Assembly (NCBI GenBank): GCA_945889015.1
Contig: CAMDBL010000001.1
Coordinates: forward strand, 2,951 to 66,950
Source of the DNA: Devosia equisanguinis
Lineage (GTDB): Bacteria > Pseudomonadota > Alphaproteobacteria > Rhizobiales > Hyphomicrobiaceae
Reading direction: 5' to 3'
Length of the DNA stretch: 64,000 nucleotides
Shown: positions 38,793-48,126 of the stretch, piece after piece
Layout: every line of letters starts with the position of its first letter
How positions within the stretch are numbered: the first letter of the stretch is position 1
Made by a program: the position numbers and the translations under genes
Notes under the pieces: model-generated
The model's input: only the letters and a program-made list of their open reading frames with translations
Told to the model about the DNA's origin: nothing
The model's database searches: none

Positions 38793-39960
38793 TCAGCCAG
38801 TCCGGCCGCTTGCCACCGCCGGCGGCGACGCCGAGTGCAGCACCTCGCGGCCCGATGCCGGGGCCCTCGCGCTGGAAGTTGGTGCAGTAGGCGAAGCTCA
38901 TGTTGCGGGCACGGTCGCACCAGGCGAAGGCGCCACCGGTGCCGGTGTGGCCGTAGGCGGTCATATTGTTGCCCATCGGCACGGTGTTGGGCTCGTTGTG
39001 CATGAAGCCATAGCCCATGCGCAGACGCCGCTTGGTCATCATGCAGTCGTGCTCCCAGACGAGCTCAGACGCACGCTCGACGGCCTTCTCCGACAGCAGC
39101 CGGATACCGTCGACCTCGCCGTTGCCGGCGAGCATGGCGTAGTTGCGCGCCATCGCGCGTGCATTGCCGTGACCGCTGAACGAGGGGATCTCCAACTCTC
39201 GGATCTCGCGGATGTTCTGGAAGTGGCCGAGCTTGGCGTTCTCGCCGAAGGCGCGCCCGAGCGGCGTCTGGGGATCGAACGCGGTTTGGAAGAACTGGTT
39301 CTTCGGGTTCTCGTGCATGTCGGAGACGCGCGCGATCTCCGAGGCTGTCAGGCCGATGTTGTAGTCGGTCCCGAGCTTCTCGGCGACTTCGCGCCGGAAG
39401 AACTTCCCGATCGTTGTTCCCGTCACGCGGTGCACCACCTCGCCCAGCAGGAAGCCGATGTTGATCGAGTTATAAGCCCCGTTGGTGCCCGGCTCCCAGG
39501 CCGGTGTCTGCTTTTCCAGGATCGAGATGAATAGCGGCCAGTCGAACCACGAGCCCTTCGGCGCGCCATCCGAGAAGATGCAGCCGCAGGTGTGCGAGAG
39601 CACGTGCTTGATCAGCACCTTGTCCTTGCCGTTCTGCGCGAATTCCGGCCAATACGCCGCCACCGGAGCATCGAACTCGATCTTGCCGCGATCGATGAGG
39701 ATGTGGGTCGAGAGCGCGCTCATCGACTTCGCGAGCGAGTTCATGATGACGATGGTGTCCTCGGCCCAGGGCACCGTGCGCGCGAGATTCTTGTGGCCGC
39801 CCCACAGGTCGACGACCTTGCGGCCGTCCTTGTAGACGCAGACGGCGGAGCCGACCTCGCCGCGCTCGCGGAAATTGCGCTCGAACTCCTCGCGGACGTG
39901 GGCGAATTCCGGTGCGCAGGTGCCGTTGATCAGGATCGGCGCGGATGGGGCGTTGGACAT
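38788..39960 (-). CDS. serine hydrolase, class C beta-lactamase/esterase family
   Basis: ATG 39960 (MSNAPSAP). SxxK motif NSLAKSM, a Tyr motif (GAYNSIN) and HTGTGG near the C-terminus. Confidence 0.85.
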   Translation of the reverse strand: MSNAPSAPILINGTCAPEFAHVREEFERNFRERGEVGSAVCVYKDGRKVVDLWGGHKNLARTVPWAEDTIVIMNSLAKSMSALSTHILIDRGKIEFDAPVAAYWPEFAQNGKDKVLIKHVLSHTCGCIFSDGAPKGSWFDWPLFISILEKQTPAWEPGTNGAYNSINIGFLLGEVVHRVTGTTIGKFFRREVAEKLGTDYNIGLTASEIARVSDMHENPKNQFFQTAFDPQTPLGRAFGENAKLGHFQNIREIRELEIPSFSGHGNARAMARNYAMLAGNGEVDGIRLLSEKAVERASELVWEHDCMMTKRRLRMGYGFMHNEPNTVPMGNNMTAYGHTGTGGAFAWCDRARNMSFAYCTNFQREGPGIGPRGAALGVAAGGGKRPDWLK

Positions 39961-40168
39961 TGAGGCCCTCTCGTGTCTGGCGTTTCCCTCGCGCGGAACT
40001 TCGTTGGCCCGGCGCGATTTGCACAGCAATCAATCACAGTCGTACCGCCGGGCCAAGCGATAGGGTCTGCGCTCAGAGCAGGGTCGTCATGTGCGGCACC
40101 GCATGGCTGCTGCAACCCGGCGCGCGTGGGCGCGTTGCAGGCGCTAAGGCACAGCAACGGAGATCCGT

Positions 40169-40357
40169 ATGCCCGCGAAATCGAAAGCCCAGCAAAAAGC
40201 CGCCGGCGCCGCCCTGTCGGCCAAGCGCGGCGAGACGGCGAAGAAGAAGCTGCGCGGGGCGTCGAAGGAAATGGTCGAGTCGATGACCGAGCCGGAACTC
40301 GAGGACTTGGCGAGCACCAAGCGCAAGGACCTGCCGGCGCGTAAAAAGAAGGCGTAG
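40169..40357 (+). CDS. DUF3008 family protein
   Basis: A 62-aa product, MPAKSKAQQKAAGAALSAKRGE...LRGASKEMVESMTEPELEDLASTKRKDLP, which matches the DUF3008 pattern as I recall it. Confidence 0.75.
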   Translation: MPAKSKAQQKAAGAALSAKRGETAKKKLRGASKEMVESMTEPELEDLASTKRKDLPARKKKA

Positions 40358-41395
40358 TCAGCCGCCGAAGTGATCCCAGCCGGTCGCCGACAGCGCCAGC
40401 TCGGAGCCATCCGTCGCGAGGAAGCGGACGCCGGAGCCGTCGCCGATGTGGCCAATGACGGTGACGGCGATCCCGGCGCTGGCGGCCGCTGCGATGAAGA
40501 GGTCCGCGCTTTCCGGCGCCACTGTCGCCAGGATCTCGTAGTCGTCGCCGCCGGCGAACACGGCCGCGAGGAGTTCTGGGTCGGCGACGACGGCTTTGCG
40601 CGCGGCCGACGACAGCGGCAGGCGGTCGACGTCGATGATGCCCGCGACGCCGCTCGCCAGACAGAGGCGCCCGAGGTCCTTGGCGAGGCCGTCCGAGAGG
40701 TCCATCGCCGCGCGCGCTTCGTCGAGAATGGCAGCGCGCAGTCCGATCCGCGGCTCAGGGCGGAGATAGCGTCCGGCAAGGTGCGCGGCCTCTTGCGTCG
40801 TCAGCCCCCATTCGCTGGCGAGCGCGGGTTCCTGCAGCAGCTTGAGACCGAGTGCGGAATCCCCGAGCGTGCCCGAGACCAGGATCGTGTCGCCCGGACG
40901 GGCCGCCGCGCGGACCACCCTGCGACCCGTGGGCACCGCCCCGAGCACCGTGATCGTGACCGTGACGGGACCGGGGCGCTTGTCGGTGTCGCCGCCCGCG
41001 AGATGGAGGCCGAAGCGGGTTTGGGCTTGCGACAGGCCCGCGCTCAGGCCGGCGAGCCAGTCGCGCGCCGGCATCTGTGGAAAGCTCAGCGCCATCAAAT
41101 AGACGAGCGGGCGCGCGCCCTTGGCTGCGAGATCGGAGACGGCGACCGCCAGGGCCTTCCAGCCGATGTCGGCTGGATCGTCGGTCGAGCGAAAATGAAT
41201 GCCTTCGGCGACCGCGTCGGTCTTCAGCACGATCTCCTCTCCGGGCGCGGGCGTGAGGAAGGCGCAGTCGTCGGTCAGGCCCATTGCGCCGGGAAACCCC
41301 GCGGCCAGTGGAGCCAGGAAGCCGGCAATGATGGCAGCCTCGCCCAAGGGGGCCTCACCCGAGGCGGCACCTTCGCTCCGGCTGCTGTCAGTCAT
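40358..41395 (-). CDS. thiL: thiamine-phosphate kinase
   Basis: AIR-synthase-related fold (DDCAFL, VLKTDAVAEGIHF, LAGGDT). Sits in the position downstream of nusB. Confidence 0.9.
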   Translation of the reverse strand: MTDSSRSEGAASGEAPLGEAAIIAGFLAPLAAGFPGAMGLTDDCAFLTPAPGEEIVLKTDAVAEGIHFRSTDDPADIGWKALAVAVSDLAAKGARPLVYLMALSFPQMPARDWLAGLSAGLSQAQTRFGLHLAGGDTDKRPGPVTVTITVLGAVPTGRRVVRAAARPGDTILVSGTLGDSALGLKLLQEPALASEWGLTTQEAAHLAGRYLRPEPRIGLRAAILDEARAAMDLSDGLAKDLGRLCLASGVAGIIDVDRLPLSSAARKAVVADPELLAAVFAGGDDYEILATVAPESADLFIAAAASAGIAVTVIGHIGDGSGVRFLATDGSELALSATGWDHFGG

Positions 41396-41921
41396 TGCCC
41401 TTCTCGGCGCTCGCGCGCGGCTCCTTGTCGGCGAACTCTCCCGCCCGATAGCCGTGCGCGAGCTTGTCGAGGACGCCGTTGACGACGCGCGGCTCGTCCT
41501 CGCTGAAGAACGCCTTGGCGACGTTGATGTACTCGTTGATCACGACCTTGCCGGGCACGTCCGACCGCTCCAGCAGCTCGAACGTCGCCGCACGCAGGAT
41601 CGCGCGCAGGATCGAATCCACGCGCACCAGCCGCCAGCCCGTCGCCAGCGTCTGGTCGACGGCGGGGTCGATGTCGCGCTGGCGGCGGACGACGCCGCGC
41701 ACGATGTCGGCGAAGAACTGGGGATCGGCGCCGTGCAGCGGGTCGTCGGTGGTCGCATCCGGCAGGCGCTGGTGCGTGAACTCGGCGATCACGGTGGTGA
41801 CGTCGGTGGAGGCCATGTCCATCTGATAGAGCGCCTGCACCGCGGCCAACCGCGCCGCGCTGCGCGGGAACACGCCCTCCGCGTTGGCCTCTCGCTGACG
41901 TTTCCGGGGGGCCTTGGTCAT
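41388..41921 (-). CDS. nusB: transcription antitermination factor NusB
   Basis: ATG 41921 (MTKAPRKRQ). Contains AARLAAVQALYQMD and VVINEYINVAKAF. Overlaps the ribH stop. Confidence 0.9.
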   Translation of the reverse strand: MTKAPRKRQREANAEGVFPRSAARLAAVQALYQMDMASTDVTTVIAEFTHQRLPDATTDDPLHGADPQFFADIVRGVVRRQRDIDPAVDQTLATGWRLVRVDSILRAILRAATFELLERSDVPGKVVINEYINVAKAFFSEDEPRVVNGVLDKLAHGYRAGEFADKEPRASAEKGND

Positions 41922-42415
41922 GCCCCCTTCTCCGACAGCGTCTGGCCGAGCGCGATCAGCGACAGGCAGGCGCGCGCGGCGTCGCCACCCTTGCCATCGC
42001 GTCCGCCGCTGGCGCGCGCCAGCGCCTGCGCCTCGGTGTCGACCGTCAACACGGCGTTGCCGAGGGGAATGCGATGCTCGATCGCGAGCTGGTAGAGCCA
42101 GTGGTTGCACTGGCCGACGACGACGTCGTAGTGCGAGGTTTCGCCCCGGATCACGCAGCCGAGGACGATCACGCCGGCATAGGTGCCGGGGATCAGGTCG
42201 GCGGCGATCGCCTGGGCCAGCGCCTGCGGGATTTCCAGGGCGCCTGGTACGATGATGCGGTCGCAGCTCGCGCCGGCCGCCTCCAGCTCGGCGATGGCGC
42301 CGGCCGCCAGCTCCTCGGCGACGTTCTCGTAGTAGGGCGCCTCGATGACGAGGACGCGTGTCTTGGACCTCACCGCCGCTGGTGCGCTCGAGGCTCTGGG
42401 TGTGCGGCTGACCAT
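41918..42415 (-). CDS. ribH: 6,7-dimethyl-8-ribityllumazine synthase
   Basis: RVLVIEAPYYENV, VPGALEIP and GCVIRGETSHYD. Confidence 0.9.
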   Translation of the reverse strand: MVSRTPRASSAPAAVRSKTRVLVIEAPYYENVAEELAAGAIAELEAAGASCDRIIVPGALEIPQALAQAIAADLIPGTYAGVIVLGCVIRGETSHYDVVVGQCNHWLYQLAIEHRIPLGNAVLTVDTEAQALARASGGRDGKGGDAARACLSLIALGQTLSEKGA

Positions 42416-42437
42416 GTTCGCGTTCTACCGTTTCTCG

Positions 42438-43619
42438 TTATTCGATGCGTCGGGTTCCGGAAACCTTGAGGCCGAAGCCCTCCAGGCCGACATAGACCGA
42501 GGCGGGCGAGTTCGTCAGCAGGATCATATCCCTAACGCCGAGATGCCGCAGGATCTGCGAGCCGATGCCCACCTCGACCATGCGGCGGCCCTGGATCGGC
42601 TTGCGGTGGATGGTGCCCGGCGCGTCGAGCCCGAGCGCATCCATGATCGCCTTGAGCCTGAGATCGCGTACCAGGATCAGCACCCCCCGGCCCTCGCGCG
42701 AGATCACCTCCAGCGAATTGGCGATGTCCCCGCTGCGGTCGCGCTCGCCCTTGATGCCGAGTAGGTCGGACAGCGGCTTCACCGCGTGCACCCGCACCAG
42801 CACCGGGCCGGGCGCGGTGAGGTCGCCCTTGATCATGGCCAAGTGCTCGCCCGGCTCGACGTTGGTGGTGTAGACCTTGAGCTCGAACCCGCCGCCGAAG
42901 GCGCTGTCGACCTTGCGCTCGGTGACGAGGTTGACGAGGTTGTCGTTGCGGAAGCGGTAGGCGATCAGATCCTCGATGGTGCCGATCTTGATGCCGTGGC
43001 GCTGGGCGAACGGAACCAGGTCCGGCATGCGGGCCATGGTGCCGTCGTCGTTCATGATCTCGCAGATGACGGCCGCGGGATAGAGCCCGGCGAGACGGCA
43101 CAGGTCGACGCTCGCCTCGGTGTGTCCGGCCCGCACGAGCACGCCGCCGTCGCGGGCGACGAGCGGGAACACGTGGCCCGGCGAGGTGATGTCGTTCGAG
43201 CTCTTGGTCGGATCGATGGCAGCGGAGATGGTGCGGGCGCGGTCCGCGGCCGAGATGCCGGTGGTTATGCCTTCCTTGGCCTCGATCGAGACAGTGAAGG
43301 CGGTGCCGGTGCGCGAGCCGTTGGTGCGCACCATCGACTCGAGCTTCAGCTCCTCGGCGCGATCCTGGGTCAGTGTCAGGCAGATCAGGCCGCGACCGAA
43401 CTTGGCCATGAAGTTGATGGCGTCGGGTGTCGCCATCTGCGCGGGGATGATGAGGTCACCCTCATTCTCGCGGTCCTCGGCGTCCACCAGCACGACCATG
43501 CGCCCGTTGCGCATGTCGTCGAGGATCTCCTCGGTCGACGACAGGAAGCCGCCGCCCGGCTCGTAGACGGCCTGCTTCAGGCCCTCTGTCGCGGGCTTCT
43601 TGATCTCACCCTTCTTCAC
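42438..43619 (-). CDS. ribB: 3,4-dihydroxy-2-butanone-4-phosphate synthase fused to a degenerate GTP cyclohydrolase II-like domain (RibBX type)
   Basis: The N-terminal DHBP synthase is intact (DAEDRENEGDLI, GHTEAS). The C-terminal half aligns to RibA but lacks the Cys triad (RVHAVKPLSDLLGIKGERDRSG). Confidence 0.85.
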   Translation of the reverse strand: MKKGEIKKPATEGLKQAVYEPGGGFLSSTEEILDDMRNGRMVVLVDAEDRENEGDLIIPAQMATPDAINFMAKFGRGLICLTLTQDRAEELKLESMVRTNGSRTGTAFTVSIEAKEGITTGISAADRARTISAAIDPTKSSNDITSPGHVFPLVARDGGVLVRAGHTEASVDLCRLAGLYPAAVICEIMNDDGTMARMPDLVPFAQRHGIKIGTIEDLIAYRFRNDNLVNLVTERKVDSAFGGGFELKVYTTNVEPGEHLAMIKGDLTAPGPVLVRVHAVKPLSDLLGIKGERDRSGDIANSLEVISREGRGVLILVRDLRLKAIMDALGLDAPGTIHRKPIQGRRMVEVGIGSQILRHLGVRDMILLTNSPASVYVGLEGFGLKVSGTRRIE

Positions 43620-44212
43620 CGGCGGAACTCCATCAGACGGGCGACATAGCGCGCGAACAGGTCGATCTCGAGGTTGATCTCGTCGCCGGGCTTTTTGCTA
43701 CCCCAGGTCGTCACGGTCAAGGTGTGGGGGATCAGGTTGACGCCGAAGCGGGTGCCGGAGACCTCGTTGACGGTCAGCGAGGTGCCGTCCAGCGCCACCG
43801 AGCCCTTCGGTGCGATGTAGAGGGCGAGATGCTCGGGGGCCTCGAACGACAGGCGGCGGCTGTCGCCGTCGGTGGTGATCTCGACCAGCTTGGCGACGCC
43901 GTCGATGTGGCCCGAGACGACGTGGCCGCCGAGTTCGTCGCCGGCCCTCAAGGAGCGCTCGAGATTGACGCGTACGCCCGGTGCCCACCGGCCGAGATTG
44001 GTTTTCGACAGCGTCTCGTTGGAGACGTCGACGGTGAAGATGCTGCCGGCGGTGCCTGCGGCCTTGACCGTCGTCACCGTCAGGCAGACGCCGTTGCAGC
44101 AGATCGAGGCGCCGATGGCGATGCTGGCGGCCGGATAGCTAGAGCGGATGGCCGAATGCCCGCCGTTCCTCTCGACCACCTCGCCGACGTCCGTGATGAT
44201 GCCCGTGAACAT
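43616..44212 (-). CDS. ribE: riboflavin synthase (alpha chain)
   Basis: Start MFTGIITDVG at ATG 44212 (the alternative is ATG 44227). Has the duplicated lumazine-binding halves. Confidence 0.9.
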   Translation of the reverse strand: MFTGIITDVGEVVERNGGHSAIRSSYPAASIAIGASICCNGVCLTVTTVKAAGTAGSIFTVDVSNETLSKTNLGRWAPGVRVNLERSLRAGDELGGHVVSGHIDGVAKLVEITTDGDSRRLSFEAPEHLALYIAPKGSVALDGTSLTVNEVSGTRFGVNLIPHTLTVTTWGSKKPGDEINLEIDLFARYVARLMEFRR

Positions 44213-44223
44213 CGATTGATCCT

Positions 44224-44688
44224 TCATGTACTGCCGTCCGGGACGGCGGTGAGATGGCCCGCGTGATCGATCCGTTTGCCGCGTGCGCCGGCCTCGATGC
44301 GGGCGCGTTCGTCGTCGGTGAGCGGGCGCTTCGACCAGGTGGCCTTGTCGACCGTCACATAGACCGTCTCGCAGGTGACGAGTACGTCGGGGGTGCCGGC
44401 CTTGCGCAGCTCGAACGCGAGAGCGAACGATGTGGTCCCGAGTTTCGCCGGGCTCACGGACACCTCGACCACGTCGTCGAAGCGGGCCGAGCCCTTCCAC
44501 TCCGTCAGTTGCCGCACGACCTGGTACTCGAACGATCCGTCGAAGATGTCGCGGCCCGCTAAGCACGCCTTCAGGAACTCGGTCGAGGCGAGGTCGACAT
44601 AGTCGCCATAGCGCGCGTTGAACACGACGTATTGGGCGTCGCACTCGCCGTAGCGGACACGCAGGGTGTAGCGGAAGGGCTGGGTCAT
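44224..44688 (-). CDS. acyl-CoA thioesterase, YbgC/4HBT hotdog family
   Basis: ATG 44688 (MTQPFRYTLRVRYGECDAQYVVFNARY). The 154-aa product is the C-terminal part of the artefactual 498-aa ORF. Confidence 0.8.
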   Translation of the reverse strand: MTQPFRYTLRVRYGECDAQYVVFNARYGDYVDLASTEFLKACLAGRDIFDGSFEYQVVRQLTEWKGSARFDDVVEVSVSPAKLGTTSFALAFELRKAGTPDVLVTCETVYVTVDKATWSKRPLTDDERARIEAGARGKRIDHAGHLTAVPDGST

Positions 44689-44804
44689 GGTGCGCGCTGG
44701 ATGCTGGGTGAAATGGAGTGCGGCCACTGTGGCCCGTGCGGCCCGAAATAGCCAGTTGTGCACGCCAGGGGGAGCCATGTGCGGATGGTGGAGGAGAACA
44801 TCGC

Positions 44805-45968
44805 TCAGTGCCTTCCGCCGAGGGGGCCAGAGGTAGAGGCGTGGGTGATCGAGCGGCGCGCGCGGAAGTGCAGGATCTCGTCCGTCGGGAGCCGGCGGAC
44901 GTCGACCAGTTCCAGGCCCGCGGTGGGAATGAAGGGGGTGAGAGTGCGGGTTGGATCTCCTTCCCGCGCGGGGGAGGGAAGACGCGCCCGGAACAGCACC
45001 ACCTCGTCCATCAGACCGGCCCGGCCGAAGGCGCGCCAGATGGAAGGGCCGCCCTCGACCAGCAGGCGGGTGATGCCCGCGCCCGCCAATGCCTCGGTGA
45101 CGGCGGGCAGCCAGAGATGGCCACCGATGGTGGTGACGCGCGTGACCTTGACGCCGGCGTCCTCGAGCCCGGCGAGCCGGTCTGCCGGCGCATGCGGCCC
45201 GCAGAACAGCCAGACTGGAACGCCGCGCGCGGTGCGCGCCAGCTTCGAGGTCGGCGGCAGCTCGGCGCCGGTCGCCAGCACCACCCGGATCGGCGATCGG
45301 TGGGCGAGGCCGGGCAGGCGGCAGGTCAATTCGGGGTCGTCGTCGGCGACGGTGCCGCGCCCGACCAGGATCGCGTCGGCCTCCGCGCGCAGCAAGTGGC
45401 CGTGCGCGCGCGCCTCCGGTCCCGTCACCCACGTCGGCTGACCGGCCCCGCCACGCGGAACCTCGCCCGACGCCGACAGCGCCAGCTTCAATTGCACCAG
45501 CGGCCGGCGCTCGGTGACGCGGACGATGTGGCCGCGCGTCATCCAGTGTGCCTCCTCGGCCAGGACGCTCTGGGTCACCGCGACGCCGTTGGCGCGCAAT
45601 CGATCGAGGCCGCGACCGGCGACGCGTGGATCGGGGTCGCCGATCGCACAGACCACCCGGCCGATGCCCGCGGCGATCACGGCATCGCAACACGGTGGGG
45701 TCTTGCCGTGGTGCGAGCACGGCTCAAGCGTCACATACAACGTGGCGCCCTTCGCGCGCGCGCCCGCCCGCCGGATCGCCTCGGTCTCGGCGTGGGGCCG
45801 CCCGCCCGGCTGGGTCCAGCCGCGCGCGACGATCTCGCCCGTCGCCGGATCGACGAGCACCGCGCCGACCGCCGGATTGGGCGCGGTTTGACCAAGACCA
45901 CGACGGGCCATGGTCAGCGCCATCGCCATCATCTGCCGGTCGAGGCTTGCGGTGTGGACGGCAGACAT
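44805..45968 (-). CDS. ribD: bifunctional diaminohydroxyphosphoribosylaminopyrimidine deaminase / 5-amino-6-(5-phosphoribosylamino)uracil reductase
   Basis: ATG 45968. Deaminase zinc motifs HAE and PCSHHGKTPPC, plus a C-terminal reductase domain (LLVEGGPSIW). Confidence 0.9.
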   Translation of the reverse strand: MSAVHTASLDRQMMAMALTMARRGLGQTAPNPAVGAVLVDPATGEIVARGWTQPGGRPHAETEAIRRAGARAKGATLYVTLEPCSHHGKTPPCCDAVIAAGIGRVVCAIGDPDPRVAGRGLDRLRANGVAVTQSVLAEEAHWMTRGHIVRVTERRPLVQLKLALSASGEVPRGGAGQPTWVTGPEARAHGHLLRAEADAILVGRGTVADDDPELTCRLPGLAHRSPIRVVLATGAELPPTSKLARTARGVPVWLFCGPHAPADRLAGLEDAGVKVTRVTTIGGHLWLPAVTEALAGAGITRLLVEGGPSIWRAFGRAGLMDEVVLFRARLPSPAREGDPTRTLTPFIPTAGLELVDVRRLPTDEILHFRARRSITHASTSGPLGGRH

Positions 45969-46222
45969 AGGGACGTGCGGGGCTCGTGCTGATGCAACTG
46001 AAGGGGCCGGGGATACGGCGCGGAGAAGAGCCCGCGCCACCCTGAGGGGAGCCGGACCACCCTTCTACGTAATGCCTGCAAGTCGGATTGGCGTCCACTC
46101 ATAGCGGGGACGATGAATCGGCATGACTGAGGCGTCCGACCCGCCGGGTCCGGCATTCAGATCGCCGGAAGGGTCACGACGCGATGCCGGACGCGGTGCG
46201 TCCGACCCCGAGTATGCGGCCG

Positions 46223-46741
46223 TCAATGCTTCTTGGCGGAGACGTCCATCGAGATCCCGTGCTTGGCCAGCGCCAGAGCGGCTCCAGGCTCGCCGACCGC
46301 GATCTCGCCCAGCAGCTCCTGGAAATCGGCGGCCTCGCGGAAATCGCGATAGACCGAGGCGAAGCGCACGTAGGCGACGGGATCAAGCCCGCGCAGCGCT
46401 TCCATCACCATCTCGCCGATCTGCTCCGAGGACACCTCGCTCTCGCCCGCGCTCTCGAGCTGTCGGACGATGCCTGACAGCATCCGTTCGATCCGGTCGG
46501 GCTCGATCGGGCGCTTGCGCAGGGCAACCTCCACGGATTTGGCGAGCTTGTCGCGGTCGAACGCGACCTTGCGGCCCGAGCGCTTGACCACGGTCAGCTC
46601 GCGAAGCTGCACCCGCTCGAACGTGGTGAAACGGCCGCCGCAATCGGGGCAGACGCGGCGGCGGCGAATCGAGGCGCTCTCCTCGCTCGGCCGGCTGTCC
46701 TTCACCTGGGTGTTCTCGCTGGAGCAATAGGGGCAGCGCAT
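46223..46741 (-). CDS. nrdR: transcriptional repressor NrdR
   Basis: [17 protein letters not shown]...[12 protein letters not shown] zinc ribbon plus an ATP-cone. Confidence 0.95.
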   Translation of the reverse strand: MRCPYCSSENTQVKDSRPSEESASIRRRRVCPDCGGRFTTFERVQLRELTVVKRSGRKVAFDRDKLAKSVEVALRKRPIEPDRIERMLSGIVRQLESAGESEVSSEQIGEMVMEALRGLDPVAYVRFASVYRDFREAADFQELLGEIAVGEPGAALALAKHGISMDVSAKKH

Positions 46742-46951
46742 GACGGGCTCTTTCGCGGAGTGAACGGCGTGTGTCGGCGGTGGGTTCGTTGTCTATCGGA
46801 TTCTCTGCCTGCCGCCACCTGCCGGCGGGGCGCTGGGCACAAGCTGTGGATGGGGCATGGCTGCCCGGCGGCTCGCGCCGACGGTGCGGCTTGCTGGCAG
46901 GTTCCGCCGGCCCTACCTGTGGCGCTCGCTCCTCCGAGACAGGACTTTCCC

Positions 46952-48007
46952 ATGCCTTCCTTGTTCGACCCGCTGAAGCTCGGCGACCTCGAGATCCCCA
47001 ACCGCATCGTCATGGCGCCGCTGACACGCAATCGCACAGTCGGGCCCGCGCGTGCCCCCAATGCTCTGATGCGCGACTACTACATGCAGCGCGCGACAGC
47101 GGGCTTGATACTGTCGGAGGCGACCTCGGTGACGCCGATGGGCGTCGGCTATCCGCACACCCCCGGGATCTGGTCGCAGGAGCAGATCGACGGCTGGCGT
47201 CTGGTGACGGATGGCATCCACAAGGCCGGTGGGCGCATTTATTGCCAGCTCTGGCATGTGGGCCGCATCTCGCATTCGGTCTATCACGACGGCGCGACGC
47301 CGGTCGCCCCGAGCGCGGTGGCGGCCAAGGGCCACGTCAGCCTGCTGCGTCCCGAGCGGCCCTACGAGACCCCGCGCGCGCTCGAGACCGACGAGCTGCC
47401 GGCCATCGTCGCGGCATACGCACAGGGCGCGATCAACGCCAAGGGGGCGGGGTTCGACGGCGTCGAGATCCACGGCGCCAACGGCTACCTGCTCGACCAG
47501 TTCCTGCAGGACAAAACCAACCATCGCAGCGACCGCTACGGCGGCACGATCGAGAACCGGGCACGGCTGATGCTCGAGGTGACGGACACGGTCGTCGCGG
47601 TGTGGGGCGCGGGCCGGGTCGGCATGCATCTCGCCCCGCGCGCGGATTCCCACGACATGGGCGACAGTGACTTGCCGGCAACGTTCGGCTACGTCGCGCG
47701 CGAACTCGGTCGGCGCAAGATCGCGTTCATCTGCGCCCGCGAGGCGGTGAGGGAGCCGCGCCTCGGCCCGGCGCTGAAGACAGCGTTCGGCGGCGTCTAC
47801 ATCGCCAACGAGATGTTCACGCAGGCGAGCGCGCAGGAGGCGCTCGACAAGGGCGAGGCCGACGCGGTCGCGTTCGGCAAATTGTTCATCGCCAATCCGG
47901 ATCTCGTGGCGCGCTTCAAGGCCGGCGGCCCGCTCAACGAATGGAATCCGAAGACCGCCTACATCGGCGGCCCGGAGGGGTATACGGATTACCCGACGAT
48001 GAGGTGA
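46952..48007 (+). CDS. alkene reductase / NADH:flavin oxidoreductase (Old Yellow Enzyme family)
   Basis: ATG 46952 (MPSLFDPLKLGDL). Contains PNRIVMAPLTRNR and HGANGYLLDQFL. Confidence 0.9.
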   Translation: MPSLFDPLKLGDLEIPNRIVMAPLTRNRTVGPARAPNALMRDYYMQRATAGLILSEATSVTPMGVGYPHTPGIWSQEQIDGWRLVTDGIHKAGGRIYCQLWHVGRISHSVYHDGATPVAPSAVAAKGHVSLLRPERPYETPRALETDELPAIVAAYAQGAINAKGAGFDGVEIHGANGYLLDQFLQDKTNHRSDRYGGTIENRARLMLEVTDTVVAVWGAGRVGMHLAPRADSHDMGDSDLPATFGYVARELGRRKIAFICAREAVREPRLGPALKTAFGGVYIANEMFTQASAQEALDKGEADAVAFGKLFIANPDLVARFKAGGPLNEWNPKTAYIGGPEGYTDYPTMR

Positions 48008-48010
48008 TCA

Positions 48011-48126
48011 TCGAGCAATCCCCTCTCCCCGCTCGCGGGGAGAGGGTCAGGGGCGGCCACCGGCGCCGCGCCCGGAACCCGCTCCTCATCCCGACCTTCT
48101 CCCCGCGAGCGGGGCGAAGGAGAGCG
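48011..48126. repeat. bipartite palindromic intergenic repeat (two GC-rich hairpins)
   Basis: Hairpin A is CCCTCTCCCCGC/GCGGGGAGAGGG (48021-48046). Hairpin B is CCTTCTCCCCGC-GA-GCGGGGCGAAGG (48095-48120). The element fills the spacer between two convergent genes. A second full copy is at 56616-56736. Confidence 0.75.

Noticed and set aside
44689-45720. 5' part of the 498-aa ORF 44224..45720, which would extend the thioesterase by 344 aa.
   Set aside because: It overlaps ribD in a different frame and is Arg/Pro-rich nonsense. The thioesterase fold begins at ATG 44688. Similar spurious 5' extensions were trimmed for ORFs 4753..5871, 9707..10606, 23000..24244, 41388..42110, 43616..44644, 46760..48007 and 59827..60780.
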